Source: Neoechinorhynchus agilis (taxonomy: Eukaryota > Animalia > Acanthocephala). From it: DNA of 64,000 bases. The position numbers and the translations under genes were made by a program. Where the stretch lies: NCBI GenBank assembly GCA_051530055.1, contig CM121343.1, forward strand, positions 3,070,389-3,134,388, given 5' to 3'. This document shows positions 12,488 through 25,608 of this stretch, piece after piece. Numbering within the stretch: position 1 is the stretch's first letter; each line of letters starts with the position of its first letter. The notes under the pieces are model-generated. The model saw only the letters and a program-made list of their open reading frames with translations. It did not search any database and had not been told where the DNA came from.

Positions 12488-13247
12488 AAAGATGTTCATC
12501 ATTTACTTTTTTATAGCGAATTCTAATAATTGATTTATTTGATAATTTTCGGCCTTCGCGTAGGCCTCCTTCAGTCTATCTAAAATGGAAGCACTCAATT
12601 TCCTTTATCCGGTGGTATCCGCAGATTGAGCGTTCAACATTTTAACTTTTTTATAGCGAATTCTAATAATTGATTGATTTGATAATCTTCGGCCTTCTTC
12701 AGTCTATCTAAAATGAAAGCACTCAATTTCGTTTATCCGGTGGTATCCGCCGATTGAGCGTTCAACATTTTAACTTTTTTATAGCGAATTCTAATAATTG
12801 ATTGATTTGATAATCTTCGGCCTTCTTCAGTCTAACTAAAATGAAAGCACTCAATTTCGTTTATCCGGTGGTATCCGCCGATTGAGCGTTCATCATTTTA
12901 ACTTTTTTTATAGCGAATTATCAAATAATTGATTAATTTTTGATAATTTTCGGCCTTCGCGTAGGCCTTCTTCAGTCTATCTAAAATGGAAGCACTCAAT
13001 TTCGTTTATCCGGTGTTATCCGCAGATTGAGCGTTCATCATTTTAACTTTTTTATAGCGAATTCTAATAATTGATTGATTTGATAATCTTCGGCCTTCTT
13101 CAGTCTATCTAAAATGGAAGCACTCAATTTCGTTTATCCGGTGGTATCTGCCCATTGAGCGTTCATCATTTTAACTTTTTATAGCGAATTCTAATAATTG
13201 ATTGATTTGATAATTTTAGGCCTTCGCGTAGGCCTTCTTCAGTCTAT
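12488..13247. repeat. Tandem array of the 128/140-bp satellite (~5.7 units)
   Basis: Unit ...ttcagtctatctaaaatggaagcactcaatttcgtttatccggtggtatccgcagattgagcgttcatcattttaacttttttatagcgaattctaataattgattgatttgataatcttcggcc... is repeated and belongs to the same family as 25609-29697. Confidence 0.97.
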
Positions 13248-13757
13248 TTTTTGCAAGTATTCTATTTCGATGTTGGCAACATCGTCACTGATTCGGTTTT
13301 AGTTCAGACTGCTACAATCACCTTTGTTCTTTGCAATGCGGAGCGTTCAAAAGCTCTGAAACGTGCAATATGTACTCGTTTTTCTAATTTAGCAGTTCAT
13401 GTGTTGTTGGAATCCGAGGAGTATAAATCAATCATCTTCGTCCTTAACTAGCACAATAAAATATTTCCTTTTACTAATAAATATCTTTGAAATGACAGAT
13501 TGATTGCATTTTAGCCGTACAAAAAACTGCTTTTATAAGTATATTTATTCGAGGCGATGTAAAATTCTAACATTAATTTTGATAATCAACATTTGTAGTT
13601 TTCTGTTAACTCAAAAACGACCTATATATTCACAGTTGAACGATTTACATTAGGTTTTAATAAATTACAATTATGGCTATGTGATGATGTCTAATTTAGA
13701 CTATATAGGAGATCAAACATTGTTTTATTAGCTTATGTTGGTATCCTAAATGTCCGT

Positions 13758-15089
13758 TCAGATGTATGATGGAGAAAATATTCTACAACATAGACAAGTC
13801 AGGCGGAAGTTATCCAGTTTCCTTTTTGTTGATGATGGCAAAATGTTTGGGATGCCTTCACCTTTGGTAACTGCAAAAGATTAATCTGCATTCAAGATGG
13901 GCATTAAGAACTACTTTAAATTTTTACCTGGCCTCAAATTTGAGTCCTCCAAGCAAGCTTGATTGAGTTTGGTATTAAAAGTAGTTTTGATATCCATAAG
14001 GCATCTTATGTCACTGTTGTTTCAAAGATGTTTCAGTGTATTAGTTTGAAGTTGATTAAAAATTAACTTACCGATCTACTAGAGTTCCATCGAATCTAGT
14101 TACAGTTTCCGCCGTTTGGACCTTGGCATTAGTGGTACATGCATGTCTTATAACAAGTGTACCGAGTACAGTGCTCTGATTCTCATCATCTTAAAGCAAA
14201 TAAAGCTCAAAAATAATGAACCTTTAAGTATCAAAGTGAACTTACTGTTATTCACATGAGGAAAGGTCTTGTGTAAATATCGCATTTTTCTCAGTTCCGA
14301 AATTATTAATTCGAGACAAGTTAAAAAACAGTGTGATGTTGACATACTACGATTGCCCTTGTTTGCAATGTCTCTACAGATTAATAAAAGATCATTGAGT
14401 GTATACGGATCTTTTCATAGACCTTACCCGCTTATACAAAAAGACAATTCACTCTCGACTTTGGATGCACAGTCCCTTATACTTGTCCTTAATCTCATTA
14501 TTTCCTCCCGTATGACAGAACTATCTGAATGAGATGATCCAACAAACGTTATAAAATCCCGTAAGAGTGAGAATTGTGAGTTAAGAGCTTTGACGTTCTA
14601 AAAATCCAAATAAATGCTCAAGAAAAAACAAATAAACAATTACCACTATCTTTTTCGGATTTTTTGAAAAGTCATCGCCCGTGACCAGACGGCCAGTGCG
14701 TCCAGCTCCATCGCACTTGGTTCTCATCGCAGTGAAGCTGTCTTTTTAATCTGAAATATCACTCACTTCAAACAAGACTTTATTTTCTAGATTGACAGAA
14801 TGAACTTTGATCAGTAAATTAAATATTTTTCCGCTAATACGATGAGCATTTTGCAATTTTCGACAAAATCGAACGCTGAAATAATTGCAAAATACTCATT
14901 GCGTCCTTGGGTTGGCGGACTGTGGAGGCATGCAGCACAGTAAAGTACGTCTATGTTTTTAGAGAAGCCGAGTTTCAATTCCCTACTCTGCACATTTTTG
15001 AAAGACTCAAATTTTTGCTGAAATCGATCGAAGAATAACTTGATACGCATGCACCCCCGTCGGTGACGTGGAGAGAGAACTGCAGCCAT
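13758..15089 (-). CDS. Unknown multi-exon protein
   Basis: Kozak-like gcaccATGg at 15089. Several gtaag/gtgagt...ttttag/cag introns bound open exons such as RDIANKGNRSMSTSHCFLTCLE, DDENQSTVLGTLVIRHAC and DIRCLMDIKTTF. No homology recognised. Confidence 0.5.
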
Positions 15090-16489
15090 GGTGCCACATT
15101 TTCACACCGTATACTAACAGTTAAGTATCCTTTGACTTAAAAAGAAAGTCTGTCGCTGTTGTTATCAAAATCGAAATGAAACAGGATTCCAATGATGGTC
15201 CAGACAACTAAAAAAGTCACACTCACGTGTCTTTGCCAATAAAATTCGGTCTATACAAACGCTACTAGATATCTCAAAAATACATAAATCGACAAAAAAT
15301 GGACCCTTTTGCTGTTAAATTCTAAATATTAGACAACTTAGTAACATCGGAAGCCATTGACAATTTCAATTGAAACATTAGCGATTAGTAATAAAGATAA
15401 AAAACTTCTGTAACTAGCAGGCAGCCTCAGAAACATCATTAATAACGCAAAACTATGCTCCACAACATTTCGGGAAGCTATAAATCATGCTTTAATTTTT
15501 AGTCTTAAAGGCAGCATTAATAATTTTATGCAATTAAAACGTTCTTTTCGGTTTCTTTACATGTAAACCGCAATGATTGATTTCTTTAACATATTTAAAT
15601 ATAGTTCAAGTAGCTTAGTCCAGGAAATTCTTATGAATACAGTTATTCGCGATGTGTTCAAAGTCGAAAGTGCGGAATAATAATGGTAAAATGAAGAGAT
15701 AAAAGTAACTAAATAAAAGTGGAAAGGGTAATTATTAATGATTAGGAACAAATGGACAAAAAACAAGGAAGGGGCAGAAATTGTGTATTGAAGAACTTAT
15801 AAAGAAGTGAATTTTGATTTTCAAGAGATGAAAACACTTTGAGGTTCACGTCCGACTCAACGCATATCGTTGGTCAGTTTAGTCAAAGAAAACGAGGTAT
15901 CTTAAAACTGTGCTTAAAACGCGGATCACAGCAAATCCTCAAGCACTAAGGCTGGTGGAATAAAATACAGAATAAGAAAAAATTAAAGAGCTAAATGGTA
16001 TTTCGTCACTCATAGGGGACATATTTTATTCTTTTCTTTGTCAGAGATAAAATCAACAATCAAAGATTACATTAATCAATCTCTGTCACCTTTCACAGAG
16101 TTATTTTTAGCATCATGATTCAATTTGTTTAGACAAGATAAATGCAGTAAAGTAATATACGGCATCTATACGATTCATGGACACTCAAAGTTGGCAATCA
16201 CTTTACATCACCATTCTATGGTCTAAAATCAAAGTTATAATTTTTTATGGACAAATATAACCGAACGATTTCGATTCGCGTTGATTATGGTTGGATTTTT
16301 TATGATCGCCAATTTACCAGTTATTTAACTGTGGACTTTCGTCCGAGTAAATGTCAAAAGATTAGGACTTTTAAAAGATCAAAAACTTTGTGCGAAAATG
16401 GTAAAATGCACTCCGTTAACTTTGGCTAACGTTCATACTTCATTGATTATATTTGTTTGAGGAAACGAAGTCAGATACCTCTTTCGCAA

Positions 16490-19400
16490 TTACGACTCAA
16501 AAACTTCGAGCTCAATTACACTTTGAAGAGCAATATTATCCGTGAATTCCTTTAACCAATTGATCATTTTATCTTTCTCTTTACATTGCCGAATCAATGT
16601 GCTAACGGCTTGACTTAAAACAGCTTTAACGATGACGGAGGATGAAGAACTATTTTCAGTTAGTAATAGTGGAAAGCTTGACCGAATTTCAGGATCTGCG
16701 CATGAGATCGACAACAACACGGCTAAATGATTGTCGCTCAGCTTTAATTGAGTTGGTTGGATAAACTCGAGACAACCAAAAAGCCATTGACCGCCATCAC
16801 GACAGGTGTGTGATAATTCGACGAGTAGAAAAGCGGATCGAACTGAGTTTATTCCTTGCTTTAGAAGCTCATTGATATATTTTCCAATTCGTTCCGGAAT
16901 CGTCAGTTTCTGACTTATGAGACGAAACTCAAGCATTATTTGCGCCATTTCACAGTGATGCGCTTGCTTAAATTCATTCAATAGCATTGCTATCGATTCA
17001 ATGCATCCATCCCGAGAATCATCACATAGGAGATGAGGCTTTAGAAGATATTTGTTTTCAAAGACGATTGGTGATAGCATGCTGTGACTTAGATCAGAAC
17101 TCCTGAATCACAAAAGGTTGGTTCAATTTCAGTTTACTTTGTGCATATCTCGAGTCATTTCTTAATTTGTATAAATAGAAAAAACTTCCTCAAATTGTGA
17201 CTTAAAGGTGTGGATGAAATACACAAAATTTAAGCATTAGATCTATAAAATTGGCAAACATTGGCCTATTTCGATAAAAGTTTCCATTTGTGTAGCTTAA
17301 AGAAAAGCCAAAGTAGTTAAAGATATATTACATGGTCAACCAGTTATGCCATTCTATATCCCTACCATAAGGTTCAAGGACATCTGATGTGGATCAACTT
17401 CATCTACGACAAGATCTGCAACATCGACCCGATAATGTACTTTACAAATTTCTTGGAGAAAAAGAATCCTTTTTTCATCAACATCCATTAAAAGTTCAAT
17501 CAGAGTTTGCAAGCAAGAACGTAAATCGTAGTCCGATTCAACTGTGGAAGTTTTTGAAAGTGAACTTAGAAATACGTCTCCAGGTCTTGGCCAAAGAGAA
17601 GCATAACTGATAGCGGTAACCATTGATCGAATAATTAGAACTTTATTGTCCGATCGTACAAAATGCATTTCATCACTGTAAAGTCTTAGTAATTCACACC
17701 AAAGAAGTTCAAATTGATGTCGATCAATCCATCCAAACCGTTGTATGCGTTCAATGGTTGGAAGAGCGGCATTGGGAGTTAAAACTGGTAGATGGCGAAT
17801 AAGCTCACATAGAGGTTGCGAAATCGATTCGAACGAGTGCACATTATCGATCTTCAGCTTAATGATTTTTCGCAAAATGTCAACACAATCATTAGGCAAT
17901 TCAAATTTACGCAATGAAAGACGTTCTATGAGGCAATGTCTCATCCCCGCAAAGTAAAGAATATGGGAAATACGAGTGAAAGGTCTTAACTGGGAAAAAG
18001 AGATTATAAAAATTGTAAATGTCAATATCTCCTCGATTTCAGTTAGCGATTTTACGGTTCGCTGCATTTTTGTAGAAAACTTATTCGAATGTGAAAATAG
18101 ATCTTAAAAGTGTGTAACTATAGAATTTTTAGATTGTTTTGAATTACGAGGGCTGAGAGGTCACCAATTATCGGTCGCATATCTTCTATCAATTTACCAA
18201 TTAACACGAGCAGCGATTTCGAGTGAGCATTAAACCTATTGTCAAAAATTGCGAACTTATCGTCACCATCAAATTCATTTTTCACATTGTCCACCATCAT
18301 GAGAGTATTATTCATCGGTGGTGTACATCTTCGTGATCTGGATGACAATGAAGTTTGAATAAAACAAAAAGGCTGGATCCACAATTCCGAAGGATGCTCA
18401 TTGATCAAATAAGTAGCCAATTTTGACAACCAGGAAGCTGAAAGATTGGCCATTTCACCTGATGATGTTACATTCTCCATTATTTTGCTTTCTTTTTTAT
18501 CGATTTGAGCAATGTCGTGGAACGTTGCATCAGATACCGATAGCACTGGGATAAGCTTTGAGAATAAATTCAAATCATCTTTGAAGTAATGCTTATAAAG
18601 AAGTACTGCAGAAGTTAATAATATATCTGTTAGGTCGCTGTGGTTCGTAGTTTGACGATTATCAACAATGAGCTGCAACATCATTCTTAATTTGTCTTGG
18701 TGAGTATCGCGATCACGAACATTGAACATCAAAACGCATAGAACAATAAGACCATGGTTGATTCCAATTTCATTGATCTATTTCAGTTTTAATTTTTGTT
18801 TAAAAATTCACTTACTTTATCGCGCAACTGGTCTAGCGTTGATATTAATGCTTGTTGAATATCCACGAGATCCGAAATGGCTCTTAGAGCACCTGCAGCG
18901 CTGACAAAGAGCTTCAACGACGGCTTATATAGCTAAATTTTCTTAAAATAACGTTGGAATTTGTAAAGTGAATACATACACAAGAAGTCAAACAACGGTT
19001 AATGGCAACAATTGATCGCTTTAATGTTTCCGGTGTAAATAAATAACTTACATTGTCCAATAAGAGATTCATGGTATAAAGAGCCTTCAATTAAATGGTA
19101 TAAAAGTAGTAAGCAAAAGAAACTCACATGAGCAGTGGATATTTGATCACACAAACAATCAATATGAGTAGCTCTCGATAAGAATAGAGAGCCAGGATTT
19201 ATAGTTCGATTAAAAGGAGTACTCTATCGGTAAGCTGCGGTAATTTTTCTACCAAAAATCCCATACTAATGATTACTTTTTATCACATAACAACAAAAAT
19301 GTCAAAGAACCTCGTGAATATCATAACAGAGATTTCGACTAAACCCAAAATGAGAACGCAATATCGAATCCAAATTTCAAATCAACGCTGACAATTTTGA

Positions 19401-22400
19401 TTTTTTTAATTTACAACTAGTGAGTGACTGTGATTTGCGGCAAGGGTGCAGTTGAAATATAAAAAATTGATTGATTAATATTGCCGCCTAAAAGTAGGGC
19501 AGTAGAACAGTCGTGGTCGACCAATAGCATATTAGTGAAAACTCCGATTTAAGAAGGCCGAAAATTAATTCGTCGAGAGTAACTCATTTACTAGGACCGG
19601 AAAGCATACGTTTGCTTCCTGGCATGGCCATTTGATAACAGCTTTTGCAACGAAGGACAAGACATCCTCATCTTCGTTTCGTTCATCAATACCATGTTGT
19701 TTGATTAATTGACAATATTTACGAAGAACCCTTTCTGCTTGCATCCAAGGAAGATAAAAGCTATTGAACCTTTTTGATTCCAAATTAGCTTGCACAAAGA
19801 TGAATTTCAGGGCATCGATAACCATTCGCTCTCTTGGATCCACGCTGGACAACCGCTCTAACAAGGTTGTTTGAAAGCCCTTTAAATTAAAATAGAATAA
19901 TATAAATCGAATGAAGCGTCTGTGATTTTCCCAGCACCAAATCCGGACATCCCGTAGATCCTACAAGTGGTATTTATTGCATTCTGTCTAATTATAGGTG
20001 GCATTTCAAGTCTAGGGGAAATCTCTTTATTAACAAACGATCTTGCTTGCAGGGAAAGAGTAATAGAACTCCTGTCAAACGGTAACGTACGGTGTGTTCA
20101 GAAGCTTTAAGTGTACATTTAAGGTGACTACGCCCGAAACAATAACTGAATTCTGATGATTCTTAATTTTTCACTTACGCTTTTCCGCTCGAGTTTCTCA
20201 GAATTTATTCCGAAAGCGATCATGTCGGTTACGAGATGCATCACAGCTTGACCAAACCGCCTATTAGAAGACCGAGTCGCAAAATTTGCCAAAATCCTGT
20301 TCATGATTGATTCAAAATGTGAAAGTTTACTTCGGATATAATTTCGAGATGTTCCTGTTGGTTGATATTTAAGAACAAGTGGGAACGGATCCAATATTTT
20401 TGTTCTAATGCAATGAATAAAAATTAAGTGAACATTTTTGATAAACGAAACAAACTTTAAATGTTCCGTGATATCAGTAATTGTGTTGTTGAACGTTTGT
20501 GAAGATCGCAAAATATTGGAGGCTTCAATTGAATCTGAGCCGTGTGTAAACAACTGGCACAAACACTAAATGATCAAAACACAGCAATAATAGAAATATT
20601 AAAACTTTTAGATTTATACGTTGCGAACGAAGTTTGTGACTGATATAGGGCAAAATGGAAATAGGAGAAATAAAAATGTGAGTATATCGTTTAACTGCTC
20701 TTCATAGTGCGGCCATGGTATCAACCGCATGCTCGACGCGAGACAAGCGATTACACTTGAAATGAATTTTTCAAAGTGATTCTGTTCACTGTAGGCTTCA
20801 AGTGACTCCAATGATGTTTGACACATTGCATATATTGAACGAATAGATCCGCATAGGCGCTCATATGATTCGAGTTTAGTATTTTTGTCCACTGATATTT
20901 TTGAAGCGATAGATTCAACCCAAAACAATGAATCTGTCCAATCTTCAACTGGATCGGATAAACTATGCTTCGCAGTTACTAGCGTTTTCAATATTCTAAA
21001 CACGAGACTGGCAATCATGAAAGTTGTTAACAGTTCACACACACCTCAGGCAATGTTCGAAAATATAGAACGCATTTTTTTCCATATTATCATTGGGCTG
21101 TAGTTGCGAAGATACTTTACCGATGAGATCCAAGAGACGAATTTGAACATCAACATTGAAGAAAACATCAGCCATGTGAATGAATGAAGGGTAAATTGTC
21201 ATAATCTCAATTAAAATCGACTTTGTCCAAGCGGATTTGTATTCATGAGGAGGATATAAATCAGTGAGAGTATTAAGAATAGATATTGACGAAATTGCCT
21301 TTCTTAAATAAGTAAAAATGTGTATAGTCAAACATTTAAAGACTCACGTGATGAACTTTGTCGACTTCAAATGAATCAAACTCAAAAGTCCACTGAATAG
21401 TACGATTAATCATCTGCTTTAGGCATCTACATTTACTCCAATCACAAAAATTATGGTATTTGGCGCATGAAAGTTCGGACAAACAAGTGTTGCAAGCATC
21501 TTCGAATTTAAATCCTCGATAGGCTTGTTTACTAATCGATCTAACAGTTTGTAACAGTAAAAAGGAAAGAAATCAATCAATTTGGCATATACTTGCTAAT
21601 AGATAAAACTGCCATATCATGAATCCTTTGGTCGTCACAGCATGCCATGTTTAGCAGTCTAAGGATAATATTGTTTTGAAGAAAGATGAAATATCCATTC
21701 GAATTTCTTAAAAGCAACGCCAACATTCGAAAATCCAAATCGGACCAAAAATCAATCAATGCGCACTAATAGTCTTCAATAAGTGATGCAAAACAATTGT
21801 TATTGTGTTACTTTAACTGTCCAGTGATTTGGGTGCATGGATAAAGATGTTTTTACGATCTCAATAAAGGCTTCAAAGCTGCCTTTCGTAAGGAGAAAAC
21901 CTGTAAGACTTTTAAGAGTTTGAATTGAGTAACGAGCAATAGCCGGATTAGTATTGTGTAAACATTCTTCCACAAAATTAAGTTCCTCACGCAAATGATT
22001 TGTATCGTTCATGATGATTGTTCGTGACAGGTCAATTCTACCCAATATATCATCTCCAGTTTGATATTCAGCGAAATCGCGTGACTTTGTGCCTTCAATG
22101 ATTTGTCTTTTAATAACCTTCTAGCAAGGACTCGGCCAACCTTTTGCAAACATGCCAATGAGTGGTAAAGCAAGGCGACGATAAACATCGTTTCTAACAA
22201 TATTAGAAAGGATACCCGCAGTACTTGTATTATCAAATTGAACGCCAAAATTGTATAATCTCCCTATTAACTCCAAAATGGTGCAAATCGATGATTTTGA
22301 CTGATCTAGAATATTCTCCAGGACCTTCCAACAGGTAGCGCTAACCTATGATAATATCAGAAAATTTATAGTAGTAAAAGAACTTTTATAATGATGCCCA

Positions 22401-25049
22401 ACGATTTTAGTTCCCTCCTTTTCTAGCAGTTGCTACCATGAATGAAGAATTTGTTTTTATGAAATTGCTTTTAGGATTTAGAAGTTTATTTTTTGCAATG
22501 TTATCGCCAAAAATTATTTTATTCTACGCCGAAATCAGGATTGAACTTCCCAGTCCATGTATCCACTAAGGTAAATTATTCAAGCAGGTTCTTTGATGTC
22601 TTAGAGAGATGTCTAATGAAAAATATATACGTAATTCAACTGTAAAATCCCAGTTTGAGTCAAAGGGTTCAAATCCGGTGCCGCTGATGACGCAGAACTA
22701 AAGGGGCAAATACCTCGTTGAAGATATGAGGACTCCTTTGGAGGTATCTGACGATCCGGCGTGTAGAGTACAAAAAGTGTGATTTTATGTGCTTCCCTGA
22801 ACCAAATCCGTGGGCTGTGTGCCAAAGCAATAAAATTATCAGCCGTGAAAAGAAGGCCACAGTTAAAACACAGAATAAAAGTTACCGAGTGGCCAGATTT
22901 CAAAAAATGTAAATTATGGCCACATTTCATATTTTTGAAGATTAAATTGTTCATATAGGTTGTTTTCTGGCGTAGAAATTAAAATGATTTTATTTTTAAA
23001 ATCCAATATTTCGACACAATCCTGTGCTTTTATCATGGTTGTGTCAAAATATTTAATTTTAAAAATAAAATCATTTTAATTTCTACGCCAAAAAAAGAAC
23101 CTACATTTTACATTCAGTGAAAAACTATAGGCGACCGGGAAGAGTAATGTTATAAAAACTAGTGCTTATAATTGTTCTAGGACTAAATAATTTTATTATA
23201 TTGACTTTGATTCATAACAATAATCGATCTGAGCATTTTTATCGATAACCGTTATAAATGACAATTTTAAGGTTTCATCTGCACTTTTGCAAAACTAAAA
23301 AATGGATTTAATTCTAATGCAACAATTTTAGGAAATCCCAAAGCAAACGAGCGTTGATGAAAAGGAGGCGTATAAACGTTTAGCATGACATTCTAAAAGT
23401 CCATATATTTTTCTAAATTGGTGATAGTGCAATGAAACACTTGTGATTATGTATTTTACTTCAACCATATTTTATGCATTGTAATGTGATTTAAGAAGAA
23501 AGGATTGAAAATTTGTAGTTGTTCAGAATTCCTTAATTTTAATTTGCATGAAATGCTCAACGATGCAGGATACGATTTGTGTTGTACAAATTCTTAGAAA
23601 TTTGATAGGAGAATTATTCCAGTCAAAAAATTGGAACAACTATTTTGTCTGTTTTAAGCTTACTTTTGCCACCTAAACTGGGTAATTGTCAAAAACAAAA
23701 TGCTCTAAGATAAAAAAAATTAAAGAATTGTAAAGTTATTAGAAGCATCAGCATGTGGATTCAAGTTTTGATTTAAAAAACCCCAAATCAAGTTGACTCC
23801 TTACAGTAAATTGTTGTGAGGATAACCGAGGTTCGAGTATTCGTATGAAAACGAGCAATATGAGGATCTATCCGGAAATAGAACAACCAAAAGATAACTG
23901 AGATACCTCGTTAAGATGTTTTATGTTAAATCGTTCATTGTGATAAAGATCAATATTTTCCCTTTGAACAATATCGAAAATGTATATGATTATCTTCCAG
24001 TGAGCGAATTTTAACTGCTCTTTCATTTTCAGCAACCCTACGAATTAGCGTATTTCAAAAATAAGAAAAAGCTTAGACAAACCCCATGTATAGGCGATGC
24101 AATCAATCATTGATCGTGAATTTGTTATACATACAATAACGATCTCTGCACAATTTCTGCTTCTCGTTTCATCGTCAAACCGCACTGCCTTATCGACGAG
24201 GCAATCAATCATTGACTAAATTTTTGTAACCTATAAACTTTGCAATGAAATAATTTAGCCACTTACTTCACTTGTCGATTTCTCGATATAATTAGAAAGA
24301 GGCGATAATATCTTGTGCAAATTATCATCAGCTAAGCATTGTAGAATATTTTCGGATTCAGTGGCGGAACAGATAGTCAGCACACAATCGCACATAGCAG
24401 CAGCAGACATACTGGCACTAGAATCGATATTGTTATTATTGGAAAGTTAAGAACATTCTTAATCCTTACGCCCATTCGTATGGATTATCGATAAGACAAG
24501 CAAGTCTGGAAAACGCAACACAAAGAGTGCGATCATTCACCATTGGATACTTTATCAAGCATCCAAATAGCTCTTGTCTCATTGATTGTGTTGAGAAATC
24601 TTTAAAAGTCTAATTCCTGACTGTTAAATTTTTTTGCAAACAAAATGCACCACTTACAATAAGAATTTTATTGATACTTTCACGGGCCTTTATCCGGATA
24701 ACTACTAAGCTGTGACCGCATAAATCAAGAATGCATGAGAATGCTCGAGTAAACAATCGAGATCCAGGTCCAAATAATCCACATGAGTCGCAATGAGATA
24801 TATGTTTTCTAATTAACTTGAATTTGAACTCAGAACACAAAAAAAAGAATTAAACGAACCTTCCTCTAGTCAAAATATTTGTAACTTCCGATATCAATGT
24901 TTGCAATGATGTAAAACTGCTCAAATCACGAAAAAAGAGTTGTAAAACAAAAAGTACTTTTTAGATTCACAGGAATCATTCCGAAAAGAGATTTCTTGCT
25001 CTATTTTATCTAATACAGTCATCAATTGGGTTGCAGTGGCGGAATACAT
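16490..25049 (-). CDS. HTT: Huntingtin orthologue, many short introns, no polyQ
   Basis: N-terminus MYSATATQLMTVLDKIEQEI (cf. MATLEKLMKAF). Conserved HEAT blocks: LFTRAFSCILDLCGHSLVVIRIKARESINKIL, MRQELFGCLIKYPMVNDRTLCVAFSRLACL, HPNHWTVKV, CCDDQRIHDMAV, IERIQRFGWIDRHQFELLWCELL (human [23 protein letters not shown]). The last exon resembles the huntingtin C-terminus. Confidence 0.88.
22956..23103. mobile_element. MITE with ~60-bp TIRs in a huntingtin intron
   Basis: taggttgttttctggcgtagaaattaaaatgattttatttttaaaat...cgacacaatc is inverted as ...aaaataaaatcattttaatttctacgccaaaaaaagaaccta. Confidence 0.8.
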
Positions 25050-25608
25050 CTATAAAAAGAATTTCATTGTTCGCATTTTAAATAGTGTCCAGGATTTAAA
25101 AATTAATGCCCAACAATCAGTACCCACTGTCAGAAATTCGGACCCTGTGTGCTATTTTGGAAATTTTAACAATTAGTCGAATATCTGTAACTTAAAGTTA
25201 AAAATCACTTCGTCCGAAAAATATGCGATCCCGATCTTAAAATAAATATCGCCGTAGAGATTATTCGTTAATATTAGCCTCAGAGCTACTTTTCCAGCTT
25301 TAAAAACATGAAAATTATCCCTTAACATTCTCAAGTGTAGAAAAACATCTAAAAGATCTTAAATTACAATCCCGGTGGCCGAAAACCACCATCGTCAGTA
25401 TCATTGTTACTTGAACGTTCACTTACGCTGCTTAAAGTAAATACGAATTCTACCGTGTAGTTGCGTACATGGTCTCAAGCCGGAAGCAATCCTTTAAACT
25501 TCAACTGGATCGCGAGGAAATCTCACCTCATCAGTCACCTAAAGGTTTCCGTTATTTTGTATTCTATAAATTGGGTACGCGGCCATTCCCCGAGGTTCAG
25601 GGATCTTG

